From Takakia lepidozioides (taxonomy: Eukaryota; Plantae; Bryophyta): a stretch of DNA of 64,000 bases. Where the stretch lies: NCBI GenBank assembly GCA_030704615.1, contig CM060733.1:25916001-25980000 (forward strand), given 5' to 3'. Position numbers and translations under genes: made by a program. The notes beneath the pieces are model-generated. The model did no database searches. It saw only the letters and a list, made by a program, of their open reading frames with translations, and had not been told where the DNA came from. Each line of letters begins with the position of its first letter. The first letter of the stretch is position 1. Below, one piece after another: positions 38,701-49,960 of this stretch.

Positions 38701-41252
38701 GAAGTCGGAGGCTCCCAGTCCAAGATCGCCCTCACCTTTCTGTCATCCATTTTGATCCCATCCTGTGTAATCACATGCCCCAAGAACTCCACTTTCGTGA
38801 CCCCGAATTCGCACTTTGAAGCTTTGGCATACACTTCTTCCCTTCTCGCAATTTTGGAACACCCTTTTGGTGCTCCAGGTGCTCCTCCTTTGTTTTCGAG
38901 TACACCAAGATGTCGTCGATGTACACGATCATCATCCAACCACTCCTGAAAAAGGCTGTCATCAGCGTGCTAAATGTCCTGGTGGGGCATTGGTGAGCCC
39001 AAAAGGCATCACCAAGAACTCATATGAACCATACCTTGTCCTGCACGCGGTCTTCTCCTCCTCTCCTTCCGCCACCCAAATTTGGTGATAGCCGGAGCGC
39101 AAGTCGATCCGGCTGAAATACTTCGCTCCTGCCAACCGATCGAAGATGTCGTCGATCCTTGAGAAAAGGGTACCGGTTTTTTATAGTCACCTTATTCAAG
39201 CCCTGTAATCACACCATCCGCAGCGTCCCATCCTTCTTGTCTGCAAATAGCACCGGGGCTCCGTAAGGTGATTACTCGGCCGGATGTACCCCTTTGACAT
39301 TAGATCCTTGAGCTGAGTCTTCAGCTCGACCAACTCTCTGTGGCTCAACCGGTAGGGCCCTTGGCAGGCGGTTCCGATCCTGGTATCACCTCAATCTTGT
39401 GGTCAACTCCTCTTCGCGGTGGCAAGCCGCTTGGTAAATCCTCCGGCATCACATCCTGGTATTTCTCCAAAATCCCCTTGATCCAATCTGGCTCGGCTCC
39501 CCATCGCCTTCTCCCTTCACTTCTCTAATGTAAAGCAAAACTTGGGGTTCGTGTGTCTCCTCCACGGCCCACTCCCTTGCTGACAGAAGGTTTATTCGCC
39601 TCCCACGGATTTGGGCGTTTCTGACACTCGTAAAACCTCGCCACATTCCACATGCAGCGTGACTACTCTCTTGCGGCCATCTATGACCGCTCCGGATTTG
39701 CTCAAAAAGGTCATCCCCAAAATGAGATCCACTCCATCGATCTCGCAGATGGTGAAGTTCTCACGTCCCTCCCAACTCCCCAGTTGAAGAGGATATCAAT
39801 CGCCAACCTTGTCGCCAACTGTGGTTCTCCTTTGGCAGAACGCACCTCAATAGAGGCCCCCACGTCACTTGTCGGGAGTCCCAGCTTTTGTGCCGTTGCC
39901 GGTGTCATGAAGGAGTGCGACGCTCCTGTGTCCACCAACAACGACACATTAGTTCCGGATATTATCCCATCCACGAACAATAACTGACTCCCTTTTTTAA
40001 GGCGTCAGTTTCCTGATACAACTCACAAGAAAAGTTGCCTACCTTGCAGTCCTGGCGACCACCGCTTCCACCAAGCGACTGATGGTATCTTCCGACAGCT
40101 CCGTGTCGCCCGAGTCATGTTCAATTGCGGGGCTTCGTGCACTTCTTGGCCATGTGCCCGGGCTCCCCAATTGAAACCACTCCATCAAAGGTCGTCTTCT
40201 GTCCGCCATAAGCCGTTCCACCACGCTTTTCCTTTCAAAGCACCGGGTGCCGCCTTGACGTGTGAAGGCCCTCCCTTCGATTTCCACGTGCCATTTTTGC
40301 CGCGTGGCCTATCCCACTTCTTTTCCGGTCGGAAGGAGTCACCTTCCCGCCGAATCTTCTTGTGGTTTAGCTCCGTATGGCCTTGTCTTTCACCCCTAGG
40401 GACATCTGAGAAACATTCAGCCCCTCTCAATAGCCTCGTTCAAAGTCTTGGGTGGTTTCTCCTCCAACTTCCGCCTGGCCCATGGGGCCAGTCCCGCCAC
40501 AAAGTTGAAGACCATTTTGGTTCTGCCATGTCCGCGACTTCGAGCAACAGCACATTGAAAGCCTGGACATACCCCCGAATGTCATCTGTTTGCTTCAAAT
40601 TCCTCATCTTGTCCCGGGCAAGCCAGGACGCGTTGAGGGGCACAAACGTCTCTTCATCATCAATTTCTTGAACCCACTCCAGTTCAAGGTTTCCGGGCTT
40701 GGACCTCGGTCGTGAAGGCGTTTCTGCCACCATTGTTGAGCATAGCCCCTCAAATAGGTGGGAGCCACTTCCACCCGATCCTCGTCACTCAACTTGGCCG
40801 CCCGGAAGTACTGCTCTAGCTCCAAGAGCCAGGTGTTGAGTGCCTTCCGGTTTCGGACGCCCCGAAGGTGTCGGGTTCCTTAGGCTTCACCTTAACTTTG
40901 CCTTAGTGGAAGTGGCATTAGCCGCCTTCAACACATCTTTCAACGTCCCGCCAAACTGCGCCAACAACCCTTCCCAAAAGGCGCCGGCATGGGAGGCATC
41001 TCTTGGTTTGTCGGAGCTCTCAAGGATTCCTCGGGCTCCGACTCCTCGGATTCCTCCCGCTCTTGGGCGGCCTCGTTTTCGAAAACATGCATCGCTTCCT
41101 CAAACGGCCGCCTCGGTGACACGCCGCCCCCATCGGGCTCACTGGGATCATCATCTTTTGGGCCGTTCCGCTTTCGCTTCGGCTTGCCCGACCCCATGAT
41201 GAGGCCAATCCCAAGGACGATCGCGTACTGAACTCTAAGCTCTGATACCAAG

Positions 41253-41974
41253 TGTCGCGCACCTCACTTCGGTGAGCTCCCCTTCAAGTCATAGTTACTC
41301 GCTTTGATGCGCGCGCCTGACTCCCAACCTGGCCGCCGGGCCAACTCGGAGCTTCGGCTGCTCACCGGGACATAACGGTCCCCCCTTTGCTCTCTCGAAA
41401 GACCCTCCACCTATTTGGGCCTAGTGGAATTCCCTTTGGTAGATTGCAGTCCGGAACAGCTCCCCACTCTTTGGTCGCTTTCCGGCTCGCTTGCTTACTC
41501 ACTAGTTTTTGGACACCAACGGCTTGCACCGTTCTCGGGGTTACTACTCCCTATATATACTTCTGTAGCTGTCCGCGGGGGTTTCACAACCAGCCATGCC
41601 ATTTTATGGCGAACCACCACGGAGACCCTCGATTCCCGGGTGAGTCGCGGTGAGTCTTGGCCCACTCACCGCGGCCCCAATGGACCGTGATGAGTCCCAA
41701 GACTCCCCACGACTCCCACCTCGAGGTCTCCACCCCATGGTGAGTCCTATGCCACCCCCACTAAGTCCCGCTAAGCTACCACCACCCCTTGTGGAGCCAC
41801 CCCCACCGCAACCCGGTGTGCGGGGCTCCACCTAGTGAGTGCCTCCGCCTCCTTGAGTGCCTTGGGCACTCAAGGTGCTTCAGCCCCCCATACCTATCGC
41901 CGCTACTGCCCCCCCACCAGGGGCAGCCCCTCATGTGTCCCGACCCCCTGCCCTCAAGGCAAAGGGCCGCGACA
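41253..41974 (-). repeat. 5' LTR of copy B
   Basis: TG...CA termini, adjacent PBS TGGTATCAGAGC, internal TATATATA box. Confidence 0.95.
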
Positions 41975-42339
41975 AGGTGTCAAACCTCACTTGGGACATG
42001 GGGATGGGTTTTCCCCTTGTGAGGGTTGAGGAGGGCTCATCTTCTTGTAGTGATAATGAAAGTGAACACAATGGAAATACTCCACTCATGAATCCACTCA
42101 ATCACATAAACTATTATGGCATAGCTTTCTAGGATTGTGTGCTTAGAATGTATGGTGGACAACGATGTATGTTGTGGCACGATGCTTAGGTGCATGACAT
42201 TGTCTTCAGGTTGTGCGGGAGAAACGTGTTGTTGATGAATATGAGTTAGGTAATTGGTGTTGGTGCGTTTGTGGAAGGTGGTAAAGAGGGTGAGATTGTG
42301 GTCAGGGTCGCAATCATCGTGTGGGTCAAACATGTCGTC

Positions 42340-42480
42340 TTCAATCTACCATGTGTTATCGTTTGATGGGTAACCAGCCCATTTACAATAATAAAATGTA
42401 TCCACACAAGTGGCTCCGAAGGGGTCTATTGACGTTTGGGTTTTAATTCCAAGAATAGCTTCTATGATGAAGGCATTGGG
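42340..42480 (-). pseudogene. Chromodomain within the LINE ORF
   Basis: AFIIEAILGIK...FYYCKWAGYPSNDNTW fits the chromodomain consensus (F/Y.VE.IL...Y.VKW.GY...NTW). It lies outside copy B's LTR/TSD. Confidence 0.75.
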
Positions 42481-42973
42481 ATTTTCACGGTGGTGCGGGC
42501 AAATTTGGGAGGACGTTGCTGGGGTTATTTGGAGATGGGTAGGGGTACCTGACATATTGTTACATGGAGTGGGTGGAGGTTGGGGATTGTCGTGGCATGG
42601 TGTGGTATTTTGAGTGGGTGGCGAGGAAGGTGGGTTGGGGTCGGTGAGTGCGGGATTGTTAGTATGATATGAAGCTTTAAGTTTCTGGAGGATGGAGGCA
42701 GCTGGGGCAGATCTGTATTGGGGTAACAGATCTTGAGGTGTGTGGGGGGAATGTGAGCAGGGGGTCTCACAATCAAGGATGCATGATGCTGAGGGGTGGC
42801 AGAATAGGGTGCGAAGATGATGTAGGTATCGACTGGTTTTGGCCGTAGATCTGGAATGCTTAAGGGTGAATTCAGTTGGTGTCAGGAGTCGATGCCCCGT
42901 GGCGGTGGTGAGTTGAATGAGAGTGGTAATGTGTCGCTCTTTAAAATAAATAAGGATGGGTACTTTTAAGTTT

Positions 42974-43995
42974 TTATTTAGGGTGGGAAATTTCTAATTG
43001 AGGGAGAAAAAGGCGGGTGAGCCAAGCGCGTTCTAAAGGTGAGGAGGTGTTAGGATAGTCTGGTAAGTCAGTTTGTATGCTAATTTCCATTTGTCGTAGA
43101 ATGAGTAATGTACGCGCAGTAGAGGAATGTAGGCACGCCTGTGGGTGCAGTGCAGATAGAGAGTATAGTCCATTATATTTTAGGGCAAGAAATTTGAGGA
43201 GTCCCTGATAGATTTGGCCTAGGCGTCCAGGATCATTGAGGGCCTCAATCAAGGTGCGGGCATATGAGATGATTTAGGGGCTAGAGCCAATCCCGAAGCT
43301 GTCGGTTGGGAGTTGGGTGAAGGCATTGGGGGTACTGATAGGCAGTCCACATACACGCTTTGTAAGTTGGATAATGCTCTTGTCGAGTTTTTTAATGTCC
43401 GGGAGGGAGAAGGGTGCGGCGTGGAACAAATATTGTACTTGGGTTTTTAGTACTGATTGTATGATTGATAATTTGGGTCTAATGGCAATTGAGGATTTCA
43501 GGAGAGCCAAGCTTTTATTGGCTAGTTTGGATGGCGTGGCGTCTTTCTGAACGTGTCAGGTGAGGGAAGGGACCAGCTGGATACCCATGTAAGTGTATGG
43601 CTCATCTGGCCCGAGGAAGGGGAAAAGTTTATTCTGTAATGTACATAGATCAGTTTACAGTGGGAGACGATAGCAGTTTTGGTGAGTCGGCTATGGTGCG
43701 TTGCCGCGGTGATAGCACATTTGTGAAGACTAAGTTCCATACCGGACCATTGATTGAAGCAGTATAGTTTGGTGACTTGTCGGTTTAGGTGTTGCGGTTT
43801 ATGTGCAAGGATGGTGAGGTCATCGGCATATGCTGCAGCGGAGATTTCACTCGAGGAAGTTTTGTATTGATATCCAAGCTTACCATGGGCTATCCATTTG
43901 AATAAGGGTTCCAGAAAAATAATGAATAGGTAGGGGCTTAAGGTGTCTCCTTGAATAGTGTCACGTAAGATTGGAATGGGTGGGGTAAAGCCGTA
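42974..43995 (-). pseudogene. LINE reverse transcriptase (C-terminal half) and thumb
   Basis: TPPIPILRDTIQGDTLSPYLFIIFLEPLFKWI..G..GY...ISAAAYADDL...WSGMELSLHKC, then CGLPISTP...FGIG and LIEALNDPGRLG. Confidence 0.9.
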
Positions 43996-44109
43996 GTATA
44001 CACCAGAGTATTCAGTAGTACTATTTGTCTAGATATTTCCTATTTCCTATACATGTAGCTCATAGCTACTACCATTGGCTTACTAGCAGACTCTTTATTA
44101 CCACACAAC

Positions 44110-44921
44110 AAGTGTTGTGCGGGTATATCATATACCCGGGTATACCCAGCGGATATATCAGGGTATAACCATTTGACTATAACCGGACGCGGCGGTTTTA
44201 TTTACCCGCCATTAGAATATAACATGAGGATAATTAACAGATAATTATCCTTACCCTGTACATAACCGGGCTATTTGGGTGTCGATATACCCTGCCCCAG
44301 ATGGGGGTAAGGTTTAAATCAAAGGATATATTCTTGGAGGGTGAATCCTTATCCCACCCTAACCCTTTCTCCAATTGGTTCCAGCCTTGCTCCAACCCTG
44401 CTGCAAGTAACCCACTTAACCACCTCAGTTCGTCATTGATGGACCCATCGCTTTGCACCCACCCTATGTTCAAACTCCGCTAACCCGTGGCACCTACAAA
44501 TCAACCCCTCTTGTGGCGCTTCCAAAGTAACTTGTGTTCCACCCATGTCCTCTATACAAAATTTAGTTTTTGAAGCCGTAAAGTTGTGTTATGTAGGTAT
44601 GTAGGTTATCCCTGGATTATTTTATCAAGCATTATTGAGTATATCACTCATATATCTTGAATATATAACATGATAATGAATAGAAATAAATATATTTAAC
44701 AATACCCGGTATTTATTTATACCCATGTGGTATAAATGAGGATTTTTACTATTTATTTATAACCTTCAGATTCCACCAGCAGTAATATAATATCCTTACC
44801 CCGGAGGGTAAATATATTTTGAAAATATAGTATACCCGGACTCGGAGGGTAAGATAAAATAAATTTTCTTCTTACCCGGACCCGGAGGGAATGTTTAAAA
44901 TAATTTACCCGCACAACACTG
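44110..44921. mobile_element. hAT-type non-autonomous element lacking a TSD
   Basis: TIRs (A)AGTGTTGTGCGGGTA/TACCCGCACAACACTG and subterminal TACCCG/CGGGTA repeats; the flanks differ. Confidence 0.8.
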
Positions 44922-44933
44922 GCTGATACCACT

Positions 44934-45970
44934 TGATATGTATTTATCTCTCTTTTGTTTAGTTGTGACAGATTTCAGGCAGTCCACAATAAGTGCTTTG
45001 CTTGAGTTGCGATCCACAAGAATTTACAAGAATTTCAAAGCCTTTGTTCGGTACAAGCAAGGCACAGCCTGATTCTTGGTAACAAAGAAAACCAACTCAG
45101 AATTCTATCACCTGCAAGCTATCTACAAAAGCACGGTACCGGGCTGCTCTCTCGGCCCACCCAACTGCCGCACCATGCTATCTGCATAAATCATCAGGCT
45201 AACCCAAATTTGCTCAAGCATGTCACGCCATTATCTCAACGCCAGCCATCGTCTTTGAGATCTCCCTATGTTTTCTTTCTTTTACAACTGAAAAATCCCT
45301 AGCCTTTGATCACCTTCACGCTCACGAGCTTGCTCGCCTCAACCTGTAACTGTCGGTTCGATACTATAGCAGTCGCTCGTCATTTAGAATCGGTTCACAG
45401 TTCAACTTTCATTCCTGACACCTAACAAGCTCCCCCTCCCAAAGACAGGTCATTGTCCTCAATGAGTACAAAAAAAGAAAGATAATTCAATGTCAATTCG
45501 TCTTCCTTCTCCCAAGTAGCCTCTGATGCAACCACTTAATCAAATGTTCTTTCCAAGATCGGTTGCGCAGGTGCTGCACTCGCGTTTCTAGAATCTTTTC
45601 AGGTTCAGCCATTAGCTGACCATCGCTCATAGCTTGAGGCAACATGGGCAAGATGTGTGATGGGTCTGACATATACTTCCGGAAAAGGCTGACATGGAAA
45701 GTTTTTTGAATCTTCCACGTTGGAGGCAGATCTAACTCATAGGCCACCTTACCATGGCGTTCTAGGATTGCAAATGGGCCACAGAATCTTGGTGATAACT
45801 TGTAACACTTGCGAAGTATCAAATTACTTATCTTAGGTCTGACCTTCAAGAATACCATATCACCAATAGCAAATTCACGAAAAGTCTTGTGTTTGTGAGC
45901 AAAGAACTTGGCCCGTTCATGTGCACCCTGCATACTACGCCTCACCAGATCCAGTACACTAAGTGCCACC
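44934..45970 (-). mobile_element. Tekay/Del-like gypsy remnant: integrase C-terminus, chromodomain, PPT and LTR (44934-45427)
   Basis: GDMVFLKVRP...KLSPRFCGPFAILER.GKVAYELDLP...FHVSL...EPEKILETRVQHLRNR...LIKW; PPT GGGAGGGGGAG at ~45429-45440; LTR TGTTAGG...ATATCA. Confidence 0.85.
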
Positions 45971-45974
45971 CAAA

Positions 45975-46180
45975 TGGTTCTGGAGTCAAATCCTGCTACC
46001 TTGATGGGTGTGGTATTTTCCAGGATTTTCTTCTCCCCCTTCCCTTGGGCGGTGTCCCATGTGAAAGCCTTCAGGGCGAGGCTACTGTGAAAGAGTTTAT
46101 TTTCTCCTGTCACCATAATTAAGGGGCCTGATTTGTGAGCTGGTGCTCCCAGGCGTTTCCCTTATTTAAATTTTTTTTAA
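45975..46180 (+). mobile_element. 5'-truncated copy of the SINE at 48531
   Basis: Collinear similarity (GTCAAATCCTGCTAC..GGGTGTGGTAT...TACTGTGAAAG...GGGGCCTGATTTGTGAGCTG). Confidence 0.75.
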
Positions 46181-47657
46181 TAACATTCAATAATTTTTTA
46201 GATTATTAATATTTGGGATTATTAGAGGGAACTATGAAAACCCTCGATTACACCATAAGGCACACACACCGTAGTCAGTGAAACAACAAGTTCTACTCAA
46301 GGAAGAGTAATTGCCGAACTAACAAGGCCCTCGGGCCTTTCGAAAGGAACTTGCTTATGAAGAACTCTAAAAATCACTATGAAGTAGAGAGCCTATGAGC
46401 CGATCTTGAAAAGAAGCACTCATTAGTGGAAGTGGAGTTTGGATGCTTTGGAAGATTGCTTAACGCGTTTCCAATTAATATCTCTGTCAAATTCCGGCAA
46501 GGCGGTGGATGGTACCACGAACGTTTCTCCAGCTGTTGGGGGGGTTGCTTGTTCCAAACGTAGCGATCTATTGAAGAGTTGTGGCATATGATTCCTTGAC
46601 GGGCCCAAGCTGTTGTAAAGGTAACGTGGAGCTGACCAAAATAATAGGTCGACAAAATTGCTTCTAGTTGGAAGTTGGTTTTTAAGAATAAAAATTTGTT
46701 GCTACGCAGAAGACTTACTAGTAAGTCTACTACGTAACAGCAAATTTTTATTCTAGGGAGTCATGGATTGCTGGTTTGGGTGGTGGAAAATTCTCATCTG
46801 CAATTTCATGTAAGTCGCAAACCCCCCCCCCCCCCCCCTCCCCTCCCTCCTAACGTTGTATTTGTAGCCCAGTGGTTGGGGGATTGTGCCTTGCCTTAGC
46901 ATATCATAGCTGATTTAGGGTTAAAAGTGAAGGTAGTAGTCTTGAGTAGTCTATCAGGATGAAGAGACACGAGATAAGGAGACACAAAAAATTAATCTAC
47001 CTTTCAGAGGTGTCATCATTTTTATTTTTATTTTCTTGCCTCTCATTTTAGATTAATAAGGTCTTCAATGTGCATTTGCAATTGGCGGCTGCGCATAGAG
47101 GGGAGCTTGTCTAGACTGGTGCTAGTTGATTGTCGTGGTTGACCGTTGCGTGGTCACATTATAGGGGGGTCTTCCGCGGTAGTCTTATCATCCCTGATCT
47201 ACCATTCTTTTGCACACATGGGTCTGCCTTTTCAAAGTGGTCATGGGTTTGAAACCACATATGTATATGTTGGACTTTGTAACCCAACCATAAAATGAGG
47301 TATCTAGGTCAATATGTGTGGGTATCTCGCGACTTTGAAGTCCTTGGGAAAGGTTGGACAACCTTGTTGCCAACCTTATTAAAAGGTGACATCACTTTCA
47401 AACCGAAAATGTAACTATTCATTTGGCAAGAATTTTCTTTCTACATACATACCATGAAATTTGAGACATAAGTATTAAAATACATGTTTATTTGGCACGA
47501 GAAATAGCGAGAGAGAGATGAACATTTTGCCAATATCATGAAATCTAATGGCAAACACATTACACAATAGTTTTTAAAACAAAAAAAAAAACTTGTGCAA
47601 ATGATGGTTGTAGATAGAAATGAATGACTTGCAAGGTAGTACTTCTTTTGTCTTTAA

Positions 47658-48495
47658 CCCCTAAAGGACAAGAGTTTTTTTGCAATTTGTTAGAAAAACA
47701 TGACATGGCCTCAGTCGAGTGAATGTATGTTGTTGCCAAAGAATGGACCGTACAATGTTATCAGTAGCTACATCATACATGTGGTCAAAAAATTTCAAGT
47801 CATTCCACCGTTGGAATGACCAAATTATAATGTGGGAGTGACCCCCAATTTGTAGGCTCATACAAAAACTCATGGAAAAACTTGGTTTGACCACCAATTT
47901 TCTCCATGTTCTAATTCTGGGTTTCCCTTCAATTTTTGGCCAATTGCTGCCTACCAAGTGGAGGACGTTGTGTCCAAATTTCAGCATGTAATGACATGTT
48001 TTTATTAGTGCCCCTTTGTATGTAACTGCTTAGGGGTACATATGGGCAAAAAAACAAGGCTTTTCCTTGGATGCAGCGAGCAGCAAAACTTTTGCATGAA
48101 ATTAAAAATTTCAACCGTGAGTAGATGTCAGGTAGGAATACACAGAGAATGCACCAATTCACACTTGGAATTTACAAGTTTGGCTTAGGGGATGTGGCAT
48201 AGAGTGGATTATCCAACCACCGGCTTTGGCAGGAAACGTGTCTTGGCCCTAGGCGATCATTGGTCCACGTCATGTAGTCAACACACTCACACCACACAAA
48301 ATCTGCACTTTTACACATGTCAAAAATCTTAGACGGTGATGTAGTTATCCAAATGGCAGGGTGTTTGTGCATTATAGCTGACAATATAAGCTACAACTTT
48401 GCTTTGGGGCCCACCTCATCAGATACCATCATGACTAGGTATAGCTAAGTGAAAAAACAATGCGACCCGAAACGGGTCGCGTCGTCCTTTAGGGG
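47658..48495. mobile_element. piggyBac-like non-autonomous element
   Basis: TTAA|CCCCTAAAGGAC ... GTCCTTTAGGGG|TTAA: 12-bp TIRs starting CCC, with TTAA on both sides (47654-47657, 48496-48499). Confidence 0.7.
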
Positions 48496-48530
48496 TTAAG
48501 TTTTTTCATAATACAACATTGGTACCACTA

Positions 48531-48770
48531 GTCCGTTAGCTCAGTTGGATAGCACGCATAGAGTGCTAGATGATCTTGGGGTCAAATCCTGCTACATTGT
48601 TGGGTGTGGTATGTTCTTCTTACTTTTCCCTTGCATGGCGGTGTCACATCAAAAACCCTTCACGGCAAGGTTACTGTGAAAGGGGTTGTTTTCTCCTCCC
48701 ACTGTAGTTAGGGGCCTGATTCCTGATTTGTGAGCTGTTGTTTGCCATGTGTTTTCATTCTTAAGAAAAA
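48531..48770 (+). mobile_element. tRNA-derived SINE
   Basis: A-box TAGCTCAGTTGG (48537-48548), B-box GGGTCAAATCC (48579-48589), an A-rich end, and a second copy at 45975. Confidence 0.8.
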
Positions 48771-49960
48771 ATGGGTGAAGCATGGCGACCACGACTTGCT
48801 TCAACCACTATGATCAACAATTCCTCGTTAGTTGAGGAAATTAACATCTCGCGGTAAAAAAACGGCAATCAAGGAGAAAACCCTAAACAAATGTATTCGC
48901 GTGTGATGCCTTGAAATTTGAATGGCTTGGATGCATTGAGATTTGGACGGTCCAGATGAAGAGAGAGACCAGCGGTTGGTGGGTATACCGAGAATAGCAG
49001 ACCAACCGGGAATGACGAGACCATATTGTGGAAGACCCACCTAGGGAGCGAGCGCAATGGACAAGTGCGGCAGTCAATGAGCGGAGTGCGGAGGGAGTCC
49101 CTCTTCATGCATGGACCCGCTAGTGCACGTGTGCATTGAAGACAATGTTAATCTTAAATGAGAGGCATAATGAACAAGTCTCAAGCGCGATGGACTCTCT
49201 TGCTTTGGCAAAACATAAAAAGAAGGTAGTAAGGGCATGACTCATCACAAGTTACAACACACCAATCGGAGCCTTGACACAGTGTAAGGTCCTTTGACCA
49301 CATTTTCTCCATTGACCTGAACAATTGCGTAGTCTCTCTCTACAAGAGAGCCAAAAAAAGTCCATAAAGAATAAAAAAGAATGAAGACTCTTGCTGAAAC
49401 AAACGTAACGCATTGTGCCACTTCACCCCCAAAGGGCTACCATTTGGAACGCGGAAAACTCCTAGCCATAACAAAGCAACATGGTTGCCCAACCCTCCCT
49501 CACATGCTTAAATGTTCGGAGATACCCACATGTCCATAACATTTTGACACTTCTATTCCGGTGCATTCCCTACATTAGGATGAAAAAAAGTTTACTGATA
49601 AAATGTTGATTTTTTCACACAACTTCATGACAATATTTGAGATGTCTACCTTGTGTCTATGATACGCAAAAATGGGGACATACGTATTTGCTCACATTTA
49701 AAAACTATATATGATAAGAAAAAAACTAGTCAGATTGGGACAACTTGATGTCAAATGAGACCTTGCAAGCAGCTTACGTACCTCTAGATGGTTGACTATA
49801 AGCATTACTCCATAAACCCTACATTTGTGTAGAGTGACCAAGAGGGGGGGGGGGCCTTCCTAAAATGAGAGGCCTGGCACAAAGCAATAGCTGAGTGCCT
49901 TAGAGCATCCACACCCGTGAGCCGAAAGGCTCCCTGTCACGCCTGCAGAGATATCGTGTA

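Larger units (their letters stand above)
34973..41974 (-). mobile_element. Full-length Ty3/gypsy chromovirus, copy B (coding region heavily frameshifted)
   Basis: LTRs at 34973-35702 and 41253-41974, 5-bp TSD AGGTG (34968-34972, 41975-41979), iMet PBS at 41239-41250, PPT at ~35703-35714, gag/PR/RT/RH/INT fragments, and a chromodomain VEAILKSRRR...EYLVKWKGYHHVEASW (~36720-36825). Confidence 0.97.
32250..43995 (-). mobile_element. Decayed, 5'-truncated Dualen/RandI-like non-LTR retrotransposon (RT-chromodomain-N6A-MTase-like-RNase H-CCHC-RLE), interrupted by gypsy copy B
   Basis: Collinear minus-strand domains at 42100-43995 and 32500-34870 (see sub-features); many stops and frameshifts. Confidence 0.8.
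47037..49167. mobile_element. Non-autonomous TIR element hosting the piggyBac-like element and a SINE
   Basis: ~35-bp TIRs TGCCTCTCATTTTAGATTAA..GTCTTCAATG / CATTGAAGAC..TTAATCTTAAATGAGAGGCA. Related right ends lie at ~18256-18289 and ~49861-49874. TSD unclear. Confidence 0.7.

Noticed and set aside
48531-48600. tRNA gene
   Set aside because: A/B boxes are present but there is no complete cloverleaf; the body is shared with a second copy, so it was called a SINE.
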